This document shows positions 46,601 to 58,600 of a stretch of DNA of 64,000 bases, piece by piece. Within the stretch, counting starts at the first letter, position 1. Every line of letters starts with the position of its first letter. A program made the position numbers and the translations under genes. Under the pieces are notes generated by a model that saw only the letters and a program-made list of their open reading frames with translations, had not been told where the DNA came from and searched no databases. The DNA comes from Callorhinchus milii (taxonomy: Eukaryota): contig NW_024704742.1 in NCBI RefSeq assembly GCF_018977255.1, positions 58,158,001 through 58,222,000 of the forward strand, read 5' to 3'.

Positions 46601-49600
46601 TAGTCAATTCACTTTACAGTATATTCTGTGAAGTGTTGTGAGACGTCTAGAAGACATGAAAAGCATTATATCAAATGCAAGGTTTACTATTATCATTAGC
46701 ATCTCAAAGCGTTAAACAATGGCGTAGTTTGATGCTGAGCTGGGGAGAAAAGGGAGGTGAAAAGGAAAGTCTTCAGGTATGTTCTGAAGATGGGTAAAGA
46801 GGGACCAATGTGATAGGATAGCATCAGGGAGTTCCAGAGGTTCGGGGTGCAGTGGTTGAGGCACGACCTCCAGTGGTGGAGCAGAGGGGTCGAGAGATGT
46901 GCAGAAGGCCCAAGTCAGCCAAGTGAAAGGGATAGATAGAGGAGTGGGGGTGTGAGCAGGATGGAGGGGAACAAGGAGCCAGAAGGAGCTTTGGTCACAG
47001 AAAGAGAGAGAGAATGTTGTTTGTAACTTTGACGGGGGTGTCTCAGTGCTGCGTCCAGGGCAGAAACTAGGCTGGAGGGCTTCAAGCAGGGAGTGGAGGG
47101 AAAGGTGTGAGCACCAGAAAATTGGCCACAAAAGCTGCTGGATTTTACTAATGACAATTTCCCTGACAATCCTCAGGGAAGGAAATCTGCCTTCAATACC
47201 CAATCTGTCCTACTAGTCATTCTAGTCCAATTCTGTGGATGACTCCTAATCCTTCTGAAATGGCTCAGCAATCAATAAGTTAGAGATGGTTTTTCACGGC
47301 AACTATGGATGGTCAATAAATGCCAAAATTCTGCCAATGTCTCCCACATCCTTAGATTAGTTTTTTTTTAAAAAAAGACAAGTTTCCAAGTTTTATTTTG
47401 TTCAAAATGGAAAAAGTTTCTTTCCACAAAACACAAATGAAAAAATTGACATTTATTGATGGCTTCCACTTATACAATTAAACTAAAATGATCCGCTTAC
47501 CATTAAATACAATAAGCTGAGTGTAAATTATGTATCATTTGGATTCTGTTTGTGACTCTTAAGTAACTTAAAAGTCAATGAGAGTCTGACAGTGTCCGGG
47601 GGTCATTGTCAAGTCACAAGTTATGAGTGCTGGTATAGTGTGCATATAACAACCACCTAAATAATTCATCTTTAGAGAAAACAACTCAGGCAAATGTATT
47701 CATGGTTATCTTCTGGGTTGCGTCATGCAGGCAATTGATGAAGATTAATTGGGAAATTATTGGGACTGGAATATTTTCAATAAAAAATCAATTAACTTAC
47801 TTAAATTGAAATAAACATCTCTGAATTTTCTTGGATTTTCTTTGTTCATAACTTTTCCAAAACCGAGGAAAGTTGATATGAGTTCCTTAAATTTTAAAAA
47901 AATTCCTTCATTCAAGGAAAGTGGCCAAAGAAATGGATTTGAGGAAAAGTACAGAGTGGATCTAATCAGATTTGTGTCTCTGTTACAGTTAACTCTAATA
48001 TGTGTCCATAGTACTGACTGATTAATGAATAAGCCCAATATAGTCCAAAATTTGCAGAAATATAAAAGGAAAACTATAAATATTGGAAATCAATCTGAAA
48101 CACAAAAATATTGGTTTAGAATTCCACAGTTCATCCAATAGCTGAAAATGAAAGATAGATTAATATTTAGGTGTTGTCCTTCATCAGTACAGTACTTCTC
48201 AGTAATGCCTCTGCTTGAAGACTTCCTCCTATAAATGCTTGCTGTCTCAGGTTGTCCTGAAATAATTTTGAGTCTGGCAGCTGAAACACAAACAAGTTAG
48301 AAGCAGACAAGGAGGCTATCGAAGTGTACTGCAGTGGTAAGCAATAAGTAAGAGGGGAATGGATTTTGCATTCTGTCAGGGTAAGAAGAACCTTTAACAA
48401 ATCAGACACTCATTCCTTAGAGGTTTTTTAATGGGCTGAGAATATCTCTTTAACCATCTTGGTGAACAATATGATTGTCATATGATGACCTGTTTTAGAT
48501 TGTCATGCATTAATCGTTTGTTTGTTCTAAATATTATTCTCTTTGTCAGGAGCGCGAAAGAAGCAATGGTATTCAGTGCTAAAAAGGGAACAGTGGTTGC
48601 CAAGTTATCAGCCTTTGATGAAGCAGCATCCGTCCAAGGAGTGGCAGTGACTAGCCAGTATTTTGTAGTTGTCTGCAGGTATATTATTCTTCCATATCTG
48701 TAACTGAGTCTTGAGAAGTGAGGTGCAGTAATAAAAAAAAGGCATAGAATGGAAGCTCAGAAATTCCACTGAAGTCCTTTAGCTCAGTGTTTAGAGCACT
48801 CACCTCTCAAGTTAGAGGAGCTTGGTTCGATTCCCAGCCAGGGAAAAACTTTAGATAAGTTTCCTTACTCCACACACCTCTGCTTACCTAGCAATAAGTA
48901 GGAACCTGGTTGTTAGTCGATTAGCGGATCACTTTTCTGGGAGTAATAATCCCTTCAAATAAATAAATAAAATAATAATGATTTGGTCACTCAATCCATG
49001 ACTGGGACACTGCTGTGCACAATTGACTGCCGGATTTCAAACAAAATATACAGTCATTTCACTTTACAGTATATTCTGTGAAGTGCTTTGAGATCTCTTG
49101 AAGACATGATAAGACGCTATATTAAATGGAAGGATTATTATTATTATTCCTATTCACCATATTACAAATGGGTAATAATTTATCGGGGAACTGTGTTTTG
49201 TTTTTACTCTCATAGTCATGATTTAAGTAGAATCTCTAGACTCAAACTGAACAATTTCAGGTTCTTTTGATACACAATACACCTTCCACTAACCAGAAGA
49301 GTTACTCAATGGTAAATGCCCAGATCTTGTTTGAAAAATGTGATATCACTGGTTATTATTATATATTATATCAATATATATATATAAGCCAATTGCTTCC
49401 CCGGGTAGTAAACACTCAAAAAAAAAACTTTTTTTTTTGGTCACTCAACCCAAGACTATTTGTAGAACACTGCTGTACATGTTTCGCCCACAAAATACAC
49501 AGTCAATCCATTTTGCAATATATTCTGTGAAGATCTTTGAGACATCTCAATGATGTGATAAGGCACTATATCAAATACAAGGATTATTACTATCATTGAA

Positions 49601-52600
49601 AATTGTGTTCCAAAGTTGACTTTGATTACTGGTTTAGGTATGAATATCTACTCTTAAGTATGAGTGAAATCTTATGGGATGACTCTCTGTTTGATGATAA
49701 GTATACTGACCTGAGTGGAGAGCATGTATTATTCCATGTTTGCACCACACCACTTTCACTAAATTCACCAAGCAGAGGATCCTAGGTCTGTAAGTTTACC
49801 AATAGCCAAAGACTACCTGGCTACATATAGTGGATTAATATTTTGCTTTTTTGGAATGCTTTATTCCAGGTACCCCTATCTGAGAGTCCGAGAAATAATT
49901 CATATTGAGTTGTTTAGCATACAGGACTTTGCATACATCCGCACAGTGAAAGGTTGCTGCAATGATCACATCTCCATCTTATCTGTAAACCACTTGGGTT
50001 CTCATATTGTGGCTCTGTGCTCCTGTGTTAAGACAAACATCACTGAGATCATCTCATGGAACTTAGAAACAGAAGAACATAAGCATCTGGCCAAGTTCTC
50101 TTCTATAGCTATTGCAGGCAAGTGAGCTTTCATGGAGATATTCAATTGTCTATATGTGTTGCATACAGTGATTTTACTCTCCAGTACCAATGCTTGCAAA
50201 AGCCAACATCACAGATCATCAGCAGCTTATATGAGGTGAGGGAATCATTTATCCAAACCATATAGGAAGAAATGGTTAGAACTGAATACAAATTGATCTT
50301 AAGAGGTGGCAGCACATTGGTAAAGAACAATGAAGCTGCAACATCTGGTAAAACATGGAATAACTCACAAACAAATCATGAGGTTAAGGCACCAAGCAGA
50401 AGCCAGGCACTCCCGATTAAGGAAGGAAGCACTGGCAGCAGGTTGTACTTGGACACCTTGTGGGTACTTTTGATGATATTGCCTGAGATCTGGAGAGAAT
50501 CGCCTGTCTACCCTGTTGCTGGAACCAACATAAATAATCGGGTGGGATGGGTGGGAGTTTGCCTGTTTTTTGTTTGCTGGAGGATTTTACATGGGTTTCT
50601 TTGAAATGCCACATTTAAACAATAAGTAGACAATCACACAGTGTGTGAGGTTAGCTCCATGAGTTGTTTATGTGTGCATCAGATAGGATCAGTATATATT
50701 CATGCAAAAGGACTTGTTTCAAATAGTTTATTTTATTAAATTAAACAAAAATAAGGATCTTCCCATTAGAATGCATCCTGGAGGAGGAGTAAAGCAACTG
50801 TGACGATTATACAGCTCTGTTACATTATGGATTGAGATAGTGTGGTACGGATAGCATGTTACATTGTAGCTTGTCAAAAGATTTTTCAATCTAGATTTAA
50901 GAGTGTTGTAAGATATTCAGGAAAGTCCATGTTTCCTTCTAGCATTGTGATAAAAGGCAGAAGGAATCACGTTTTATACTGTTTGTCCAATGAATGGACA
51001 AGAAGGGTTGGTAGATATTTTTCTGTTATTCTGAAAACTTGAAGACAATGCTGAATGTTTAATATTCAATAGTTAAAAAATGTTTCCTGCAGCAAATGTT
51101 GAAACAATTTATAAAGTTTGGTTATTTGGAGCATCCGTACTCTGTGCTTAGTTAGTTTATGCTACCAGGGCTACAACCGGTCTCCCTCTTCCTGGACTAG
51201 GAAGAGCCCTGCTTGAAGTTTGTCTGTGTGAACATTGGATGAGGACAGCTTTTGTTTGGCTATAATGCCTTCCTTGAGTATACAATATATTGACACTCAC
51301 TACCAAGGTCCAACATGAAGAATGGCCTCTTGGGTTAGATTGCCAAAACACTCCTACAAAACTGTACCGCAGTACTAAATGATTACTATTAGATATGATA
51401 AATATATATGCAGTTGAATAATTGATATCCCAAAAATTTAGGTGTATGTTTTGACTTGCGGTTCTGCCTGGCTGTCTGCAAAGGAGAGAGCTTCCTGCGA
51501 GTGTGGAATCTGGCTTCTAAAATAAATGATCAATCTTTGAATGTCAACGTGACTAAGATGAAGAAAACAAAAGGGATTGAGGAAATTTTTCCTATGAAGA
51601 ACTATCCCAGGTTAGTGCGGGAAAACCAATCACGGTATTGAATTAATATTAGGAAATTCTTCATTTTGCCATGAATTATCACAGCTTTGAAACTGTTTTC
51701 CTCCTCGTTGAAGTTCTGTGCACTGTATTTAACAAAAAAATTGTAGTCAGACATCCAGACATCGCTAGTAAAATAGCTTTATTAGCTCTTAGCAAAGCAT
51801 TTTTGCAAAGTTTGTGCAGTAGAGGTATTATGGTTTTATGTAGAAAGCGGGAGGAGGCATTGTAATTAAAAGGTTTGTCAAGATCTAATAAACAGGCTTG
51901 GTGAGTTGAGTGGTATCCTCCAGTTCCTGTTTCCTATATTTCCTCTAATCTGCCAAAATATACCCCAATCACTCCACACAGTTGGACCGTGCTGAACCAC
52001 CTATCCTATGTTGATAATGTCCTGAAGAACACCATCCCAGACCCCCACGCAATCACCGAGTGATCCATGCGGCATGTAGTCGAAACAGTTCGAAAGGGGG
52101 AGAGGGTAGACCCGATCCGGAGGTACCCTTCGGCGACAGCCAGATACGTCTGGCTAAACACCTTGTCACTGGTCCTGACCAACAACCATCAGGACATGGC
52201 CTGGCTGGCGATAAAAGGCCCCCGCCCCCACCCCAGGGCTTGCATGCACAGTTGAGATCTGGCCCAGTCAGCACATTGCCCTCAGGCCGGCTGCAGAGGC
52301 CTGGAACCGTGGACCACATCTTCCTGGAGTGTTGTTACGCAAAGGCGGTTTGGAAAAAGATGGGATGGATTCTCTTACGGTTTGTCCCTTGGGTCCCGCT
52401 GTTACGGCACTTGGTGCTGTACGGCCTGTTCCCGGGCACTCACTGCGAAACCCTCATCGAGAGTGCCTGGAGGATCATAAACTCGGTAAAGGAGGCACTT
52501 TGGCATTCCCGAAACCAGGTGTTCTTCTGGCAGAATAAGGGGACAGTGAGGGCCTGCCTCAGGCTCACACACTCTAGGATCAGGGACTATATACTGAGGG

Positions 52601-55600
52601 ACAAGCTGAAGTTTGGCTCAACCACAGCAAATGCCAAATGGGGCCTGACTCTGGCAGGAGCCGCTCCGAAACAAGCCCGCTGAGGGCACACCCACCAGAT
52701 ACCCCACGAGGGCACCCAAAACTGACTGAAGTAAGTGTACAGAAGGACACTCGAGATGTAACCAAAGAGCATCACAAAAATGTATTGCACAGTAAACATG
52801 TGCACGTGGTGCACATCGGGGCACCTTCTGAAAGTGGCAAGTGCGTCTTATTAGTGCGTGTGTGGGCGCGCACATGGGGGTGGTGTACACAGGTTTTAAA
52901 GGGAGCATCCCAAAAAACGTGTGCACAACTTATGTGTGGTGAAGGAATATACCGTAAACAACGGAATGTTTTTTTGTATCGGGAAGAAGGGAAAAATTGT
53001 AACAGAAGATGTGTTTGTTTTGGATTTCTGTTTATAAATAAATATATATTTTCAAAGAAAAGTCAAAATATACCCCAATCATAGCTTATATACATATGGA
53101 TGTCAATAAATTAAGATAGAATTCCTTGTTGAAAGAGTTTGTACAATAAGTATTTACCAACTCACTGCTTCTGTTAAAAATGTTTCTATAAAATTTCTGA
53201 TTGTAATTATTGAGTTTAATTTGAGAAGCCTATTATAACACATTGAATGTTCAACAAGGAGACCAAATGTCCATTGTGACTGATAGTTACAGCCTGGTTT
53301 TCCTTAGAGGGTGAGTTGCTGATGGAAAAGGATGTCCTGACATCAACTAAATTTTCAACAGGGAATTTGCTGTGCAGTGTACACCGTGTGTCCTCCTGAA
53401 ACCTTACCGACCTATCCACTCTCTCCATTCAGCGGGTACTGGCCTGCTCTATGTCCCCCCCCACTGCCCCCCCTGCCTGCTCCACCATTGGAGGTCAGGT
53501 CTTTAGCCTTTCTGAACTCACCCTCTGGAACTCCATCCTTGGACCCCTCTACCTTGCCCCTCCCTTGCCTCTTTCAAGGCCTGCCAAAACCTTCCTTTTT
53601 GACTGCGCCATCAGTCATCTTATAATAATAATAATCCTTGCATTTGATATAGCGCTTTTCATGTCGGGAGGACGTCCCAAAGCGCTTCACAGAACACTGT
53701 AAAGTGAATTGACTGTATATTTGTGGGCGAACGCGGCAGCCATTTGCGCACAGCAATGTCCCACAAACAGTCGTAGATTGAAAATGACCAATTTATTATT
53801 GTTTTTGGTTTTGGAGGGATTATTATTAGGCATGTGGAGTAAGGAAACTTGCCCAAGCGAGTGCTCTAACCATTGAGCTACAGGACCCACTTCCTACCAC
53901 CATCCCCCTTGCCCTCCACCCCTCTTGACTCCTAGCCCACAGCTTAAGTGCAAACCCTTCACTATCCAGCACCTTGGGATGTCCTCCTGATGTGAAAGCC
54001 GCTAGATAAATGCAATTTATCTAGCAACTCGTGGCTAGTTGATCTAGGATAATGGGAGGTGAGGATTTTGTTTGCACTTTATTCGAAATTCGAAGCCCCC
54101 CTGCAGGGTTCTGTATAAAGAATACGATTAGAAACAATCACACCTAAGATTGTGCCTTTCTCTTCACCACAGCTGCGTGATCAATGGAGCCTTTATTACT
54201 AACTTCATTTTTTTTGCTAAAGAATGTTTGGGAAAAATTCTAGAAGCAAATGAAAGGGAAATGTAGGTGTTGTGTTTTTTTATTGTTTAAGATTTTTTTT
54301 GCAGCTACGTAGTGTGCAGAGGCTTGAATGCTGAAACCTTTACTGTGTGGAACATAAGAAACTCAAAGTGCGAAGGGCTTCCTGTCCGAGTAGAAAGAGG
54401 TCTGTTTGAGAGTACAGACATTGTACTGGTGAAGGATATGAAGCTGTACATCCTTTCAGACAAGGGCACAGTCACTTTCACTGGAACACATCGGCCTATC
54501 TTCCAGGTATTTAACCTAAGTATGTCTGTCCTCTTATTTCCTTTCACTGGACAATGGGGTTGAAGAGCCACTGCTGATGAAACCGGTAAAAGTTGCTGAT
54601 GGAAAAATACATCCTGACATCAACTAAATTTTCAACATGCAATCTGTGGTACACCATTTTGACTTTCGATCTGATGAGATATTGGGTAAGAACTAAAGAA
54701 GTGGGGTTAGGAATGACTTTGATGGCTCAGTTGCTAGTTCTCAGTTGTTTGCTGATGGCTCAAATTATGCATCATGTTCAAATCTCTGAGAAAACTCAAA
54801 ACTCAGTTTACATCAGGTGAAATGTGAGGTGAAATGCCAATAATAATTCCAACTTCATCAACCAGTACTTTTTCAACTAAATGTAGACACAGCAGTTGTA
54901 TGGATACTATTGCACAGTATATTTGAACTGTAAGAGTTGACATTGATATAAGAACTACAAGAAAACAATTTTAAAGTTAAGACTGAATTCAACGATTAGC
55001 CACATCCTGGATTATCCAGAACTTTTCATAGAGTAAATCTAGACCTAAGTAGAATTTCTCCCACTTGTGTCTGACTATTGAATGCAGATTAGCTGTTTAA
55101 CAATCTGGTTACTTTCTGCTTTCCAGAATGAAGTGTTCACTGTTTACCTTGTGTGTTCTTCAGACCCTGTTGGTGTATGATCTCCTTAAGAAGAAATACT
55201 TAAAGAAAATATCTTCCCTGTACATTGTGCCGAGTTTTAAACATGAATATAAGATCCTGGAAGGAGATCTGCTTCTAGGGATATCAGAAAACAGGTGGGG
55301 ATACCTTTGATGAATACATAATGAATGTAATGCAGTGCAGGCTGAGAGTCATAATGAAAACTGCCAAGATCCATTATCTATGTTGATTCTAGGTCTCCGG
55401 CTAATAAAAATGCATTTTTTTTTGGATGTAAGTGTGAAACATTAGATCTTGTACAATATTCAGGCAACAGATTAGATAATAGTAATCCTTGCATTTGACG
55501 TAGCGCCTTATCACATCTTCGAGACATATCACAGTGCTTCACAGAATATACTGTAAAGTGAATTGACTGTATATTTTGTGGGCGAAACGTAGCAGCCAAT

Positions 55601-58600
55601 TTCATACAGCAGTGTCCCATAAACAGCCATGGATTGAAGTGACAAATTTTTTTTGAAGGAATTATTATCCTCCGAAAAAGTGATCCATCAATCGACTAAC
55701 AACTGAGTTCCTACTTACTGCTTGGCAAACAGGGGCGTGTGGAGTAAGGAAATTTGCCCAATATTTCACCCTGCCGGAGATCGAACCTAGATCTCTCGCT
55801 TGCGAGGCAAATGTTCTAACTGCTGAGATGGCATGTTCCATCCGATTCGTATCTTTAGAGCACTGTTTGACATGACAGATTGTTTCCACCTACAATGTCT
55901 TACAAGGTTTCATATTTTTTCCATCTGTTTGTATCAGACAATACATTTTACATCACTCTGCAAGAAATATTTGGAATAGGTATTGCAAGTATACTATGTT
56001 TAGGCTTTTTATTAAAAGAAGGCCAGAGTTAGCAACAAAAACAGTTCTCATTGATCCTGTTCATTGTATGCTATTACTATATTTCCAATATTACACACAA
56101 ATAAACTATGCAGCTCTGTGCTGTGTATCTCACATGTCTGTTAGAGTCTAAGCTATACAACAACAACTTCCATTTTTTATAGCGCACTTCACGTGGGGTA
56201 GTGCCTCTCAGCGCTTGACAACAATACTTAAAAGGGTATTGAATAAATACTTGAAAATATATAATAAAGCGTATAGGAAAATAACGAGAGAATGGATTAA
56301 AGTAGCTAGCTACAGTGAGGGAACCAAGTTGAACATAGACCCTTTTGTTTTGTTATAGTAGAAGGAGCTTTATACTGCTTTAGGAGGTAGAAGAAATCCT
56401 TCTTCCATTCCCTAGCACTGATAGCCCTGATCTTCTTAATAAGCAATTGACTCTAATGTGTATATTTGTATAACAATGCTTGTGATTTGTTTGTCAAAAG
56501 AGATCACTTCATTATCTGGAACCTGAAGACTGGAATTATGGAGAATCGGATTCGTCCTGTGTACAAAGACGATATGTCCTTATCGAATAGTCTTCCTTCT
56601 CATGTGACTTCAATGGACAATCTGTACAAGGAACTCCTGTGCAAAAGAAAATCAAGAGATATAGAAGGATCAGGAGGTAAAGATGTTTCATGGAGATACA
56701 CAGGCTGGAAATCTGCAGTGAAGGTCGTCAGAAAATGTTGGAACTAAATAGCATGTCAAGAAAGATAGATTATTATGACTGCAAAGATGCTTAGTATTGT
56801 ATAGTGAGAATAGGCTATCCATATTGTAATAGCTATGGTATAACCTGCTACTTGATGCTGTAGACAGATATGCCATAAATGAGATTCCTAACAACCTGCT
56901 AGATATAGTGAAATATTCCCACAGATAATATTGATCATTTACGTCATGGTTGTTTGTGTGACATTGCTATGTGCAGATTGGCTGTCATATTTGCCTACAA
57001 ATAAACAGTCACTAACCACACACACTTTTTTTGTGAAATGGTTTGAGAGGTCTCAATAATGTGGTACAGAAGCTATATGAAATGAAAGGATTACACACTA
57101 ATACTAATTGTCATTATTATTAATATTATTATGTCTGTGCTCTACATTTCTACCAAGCTTTATGATACTCCCCTGCACCCCCTTTCTTCTTTCCCCTCTC
57201 CCAGCTTGGACTCCCAGTCAGCTGTGTGAAGCCCTTTGAAACATGCTCCCGACATGAAAGAAGCTACATAATGTAAATTATTGTTGTTGTATCATCCTAG
57301 GAGATAATCAGTAAAAAGAATTCCACAGTACACCAATTTTATTTAGACAGTTTCAAGATCTTATTAATTTGTACTTGGCTTTTGCTGTTGACTTTACTTT
57401 TTTTTAAACCAATCACACTTTATTCACGTCTTTGTAATATTCAGGAAAGAAAATAACTACTAAAGATGGAATTCAACAAGAATCAGTGATTAACATTCGA
57501 AAGGCTTAATAAGTGATTCATTTCCATCTTCTACTTCTATTTAGTTTGCAATGAGGTGAGGAGGAGGCTGAGAAATCCTCTGGCTTTAGCAGAAGAGTAG
57601 TGTCAGTGCCAATGCTTGCCCAGCTTGCCTGGTGTTCCCTTCCTTTTGGTGTGACATGATTATAAAAGTGGGGTGAAGAGTTACTCAGTACACCTGGGAC
57701 TGCTAATGTTGAATACCAGGGTAGCCTGAGCCCAAAACAACAGACCTGAAGGGTAGCTGTGGAGTGAGTATTGTGCTGCTCACAGGTCAGGGTAGCTTGA
57801 CTTGATTTTCCTATATATAAAAATAATAACACAATTCTGTCTGTGCATCTGTGTAATTTCAGTGTATCTCACGCCCTGGGAAAAGCGTAATGAGACAAAG
57901 ACAGCTCGGAAGAGGAGGCACGAGAAGGACGTGAGGCAAGAAATAGAAAGATTGCAGCAGTTTGCTGATGAGAAAACAAACAGTATTGATCAGTACCTGC
58001 TAAGTGGGAATGAGAAGGTGAGAAACATATTACAGTAAACTCCCAGCTTCCGTTTCACCCCAGAAATGTTATGGTATGATTTTGAAAAAAGTCCAAGTAA
58101 CATTATTTATATACACTAAAACCCTGGCTAACTGGACTACTGGACTAATGGAAGGAGGGATCCAGAGCTGGACATGATAAGGTGTTGTACCAAATGTAAA
58201 GATTATTATTAATTCTGATTTTTGTTGGTTAAATTAAGACGATATTGCACTAACCTGCACTCCAACTCATATGCCAGCAGTCCACTTTTGGAGTTTGTGG
58301 TCACATGCCACTGGACTAAAGGTAGATATTGCAAGATCAGAAATTCAGAGATTGAACAAAATCTAAATTTATATATTATAAAGGAATCATGCTTCAATAT
58401 ATCGCAGTATAATGAAAAGTATTTGACCCATTTAAGTGGTTCAGTCCTTTTTTAAACAGGGTCATGCTAAAAGTAGGTATTATATGGTGCTAAAAGGTCT
58501 AGAGTTAGCAGAGGAGGAAAGAAGAAAGCAGTATTTTACAACAACAACTTACACTTATATAGCACCCTCCATGCAGAGTAGGGTCTCAGAGCACTTAACT

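Noticed and set aside
52060..52683. 207-aa ORF as an independent gene
   Set aside because: Frameshifted C-terminus of a Tx1/L1-type ORF2 inside a TSD-bounded insertion.
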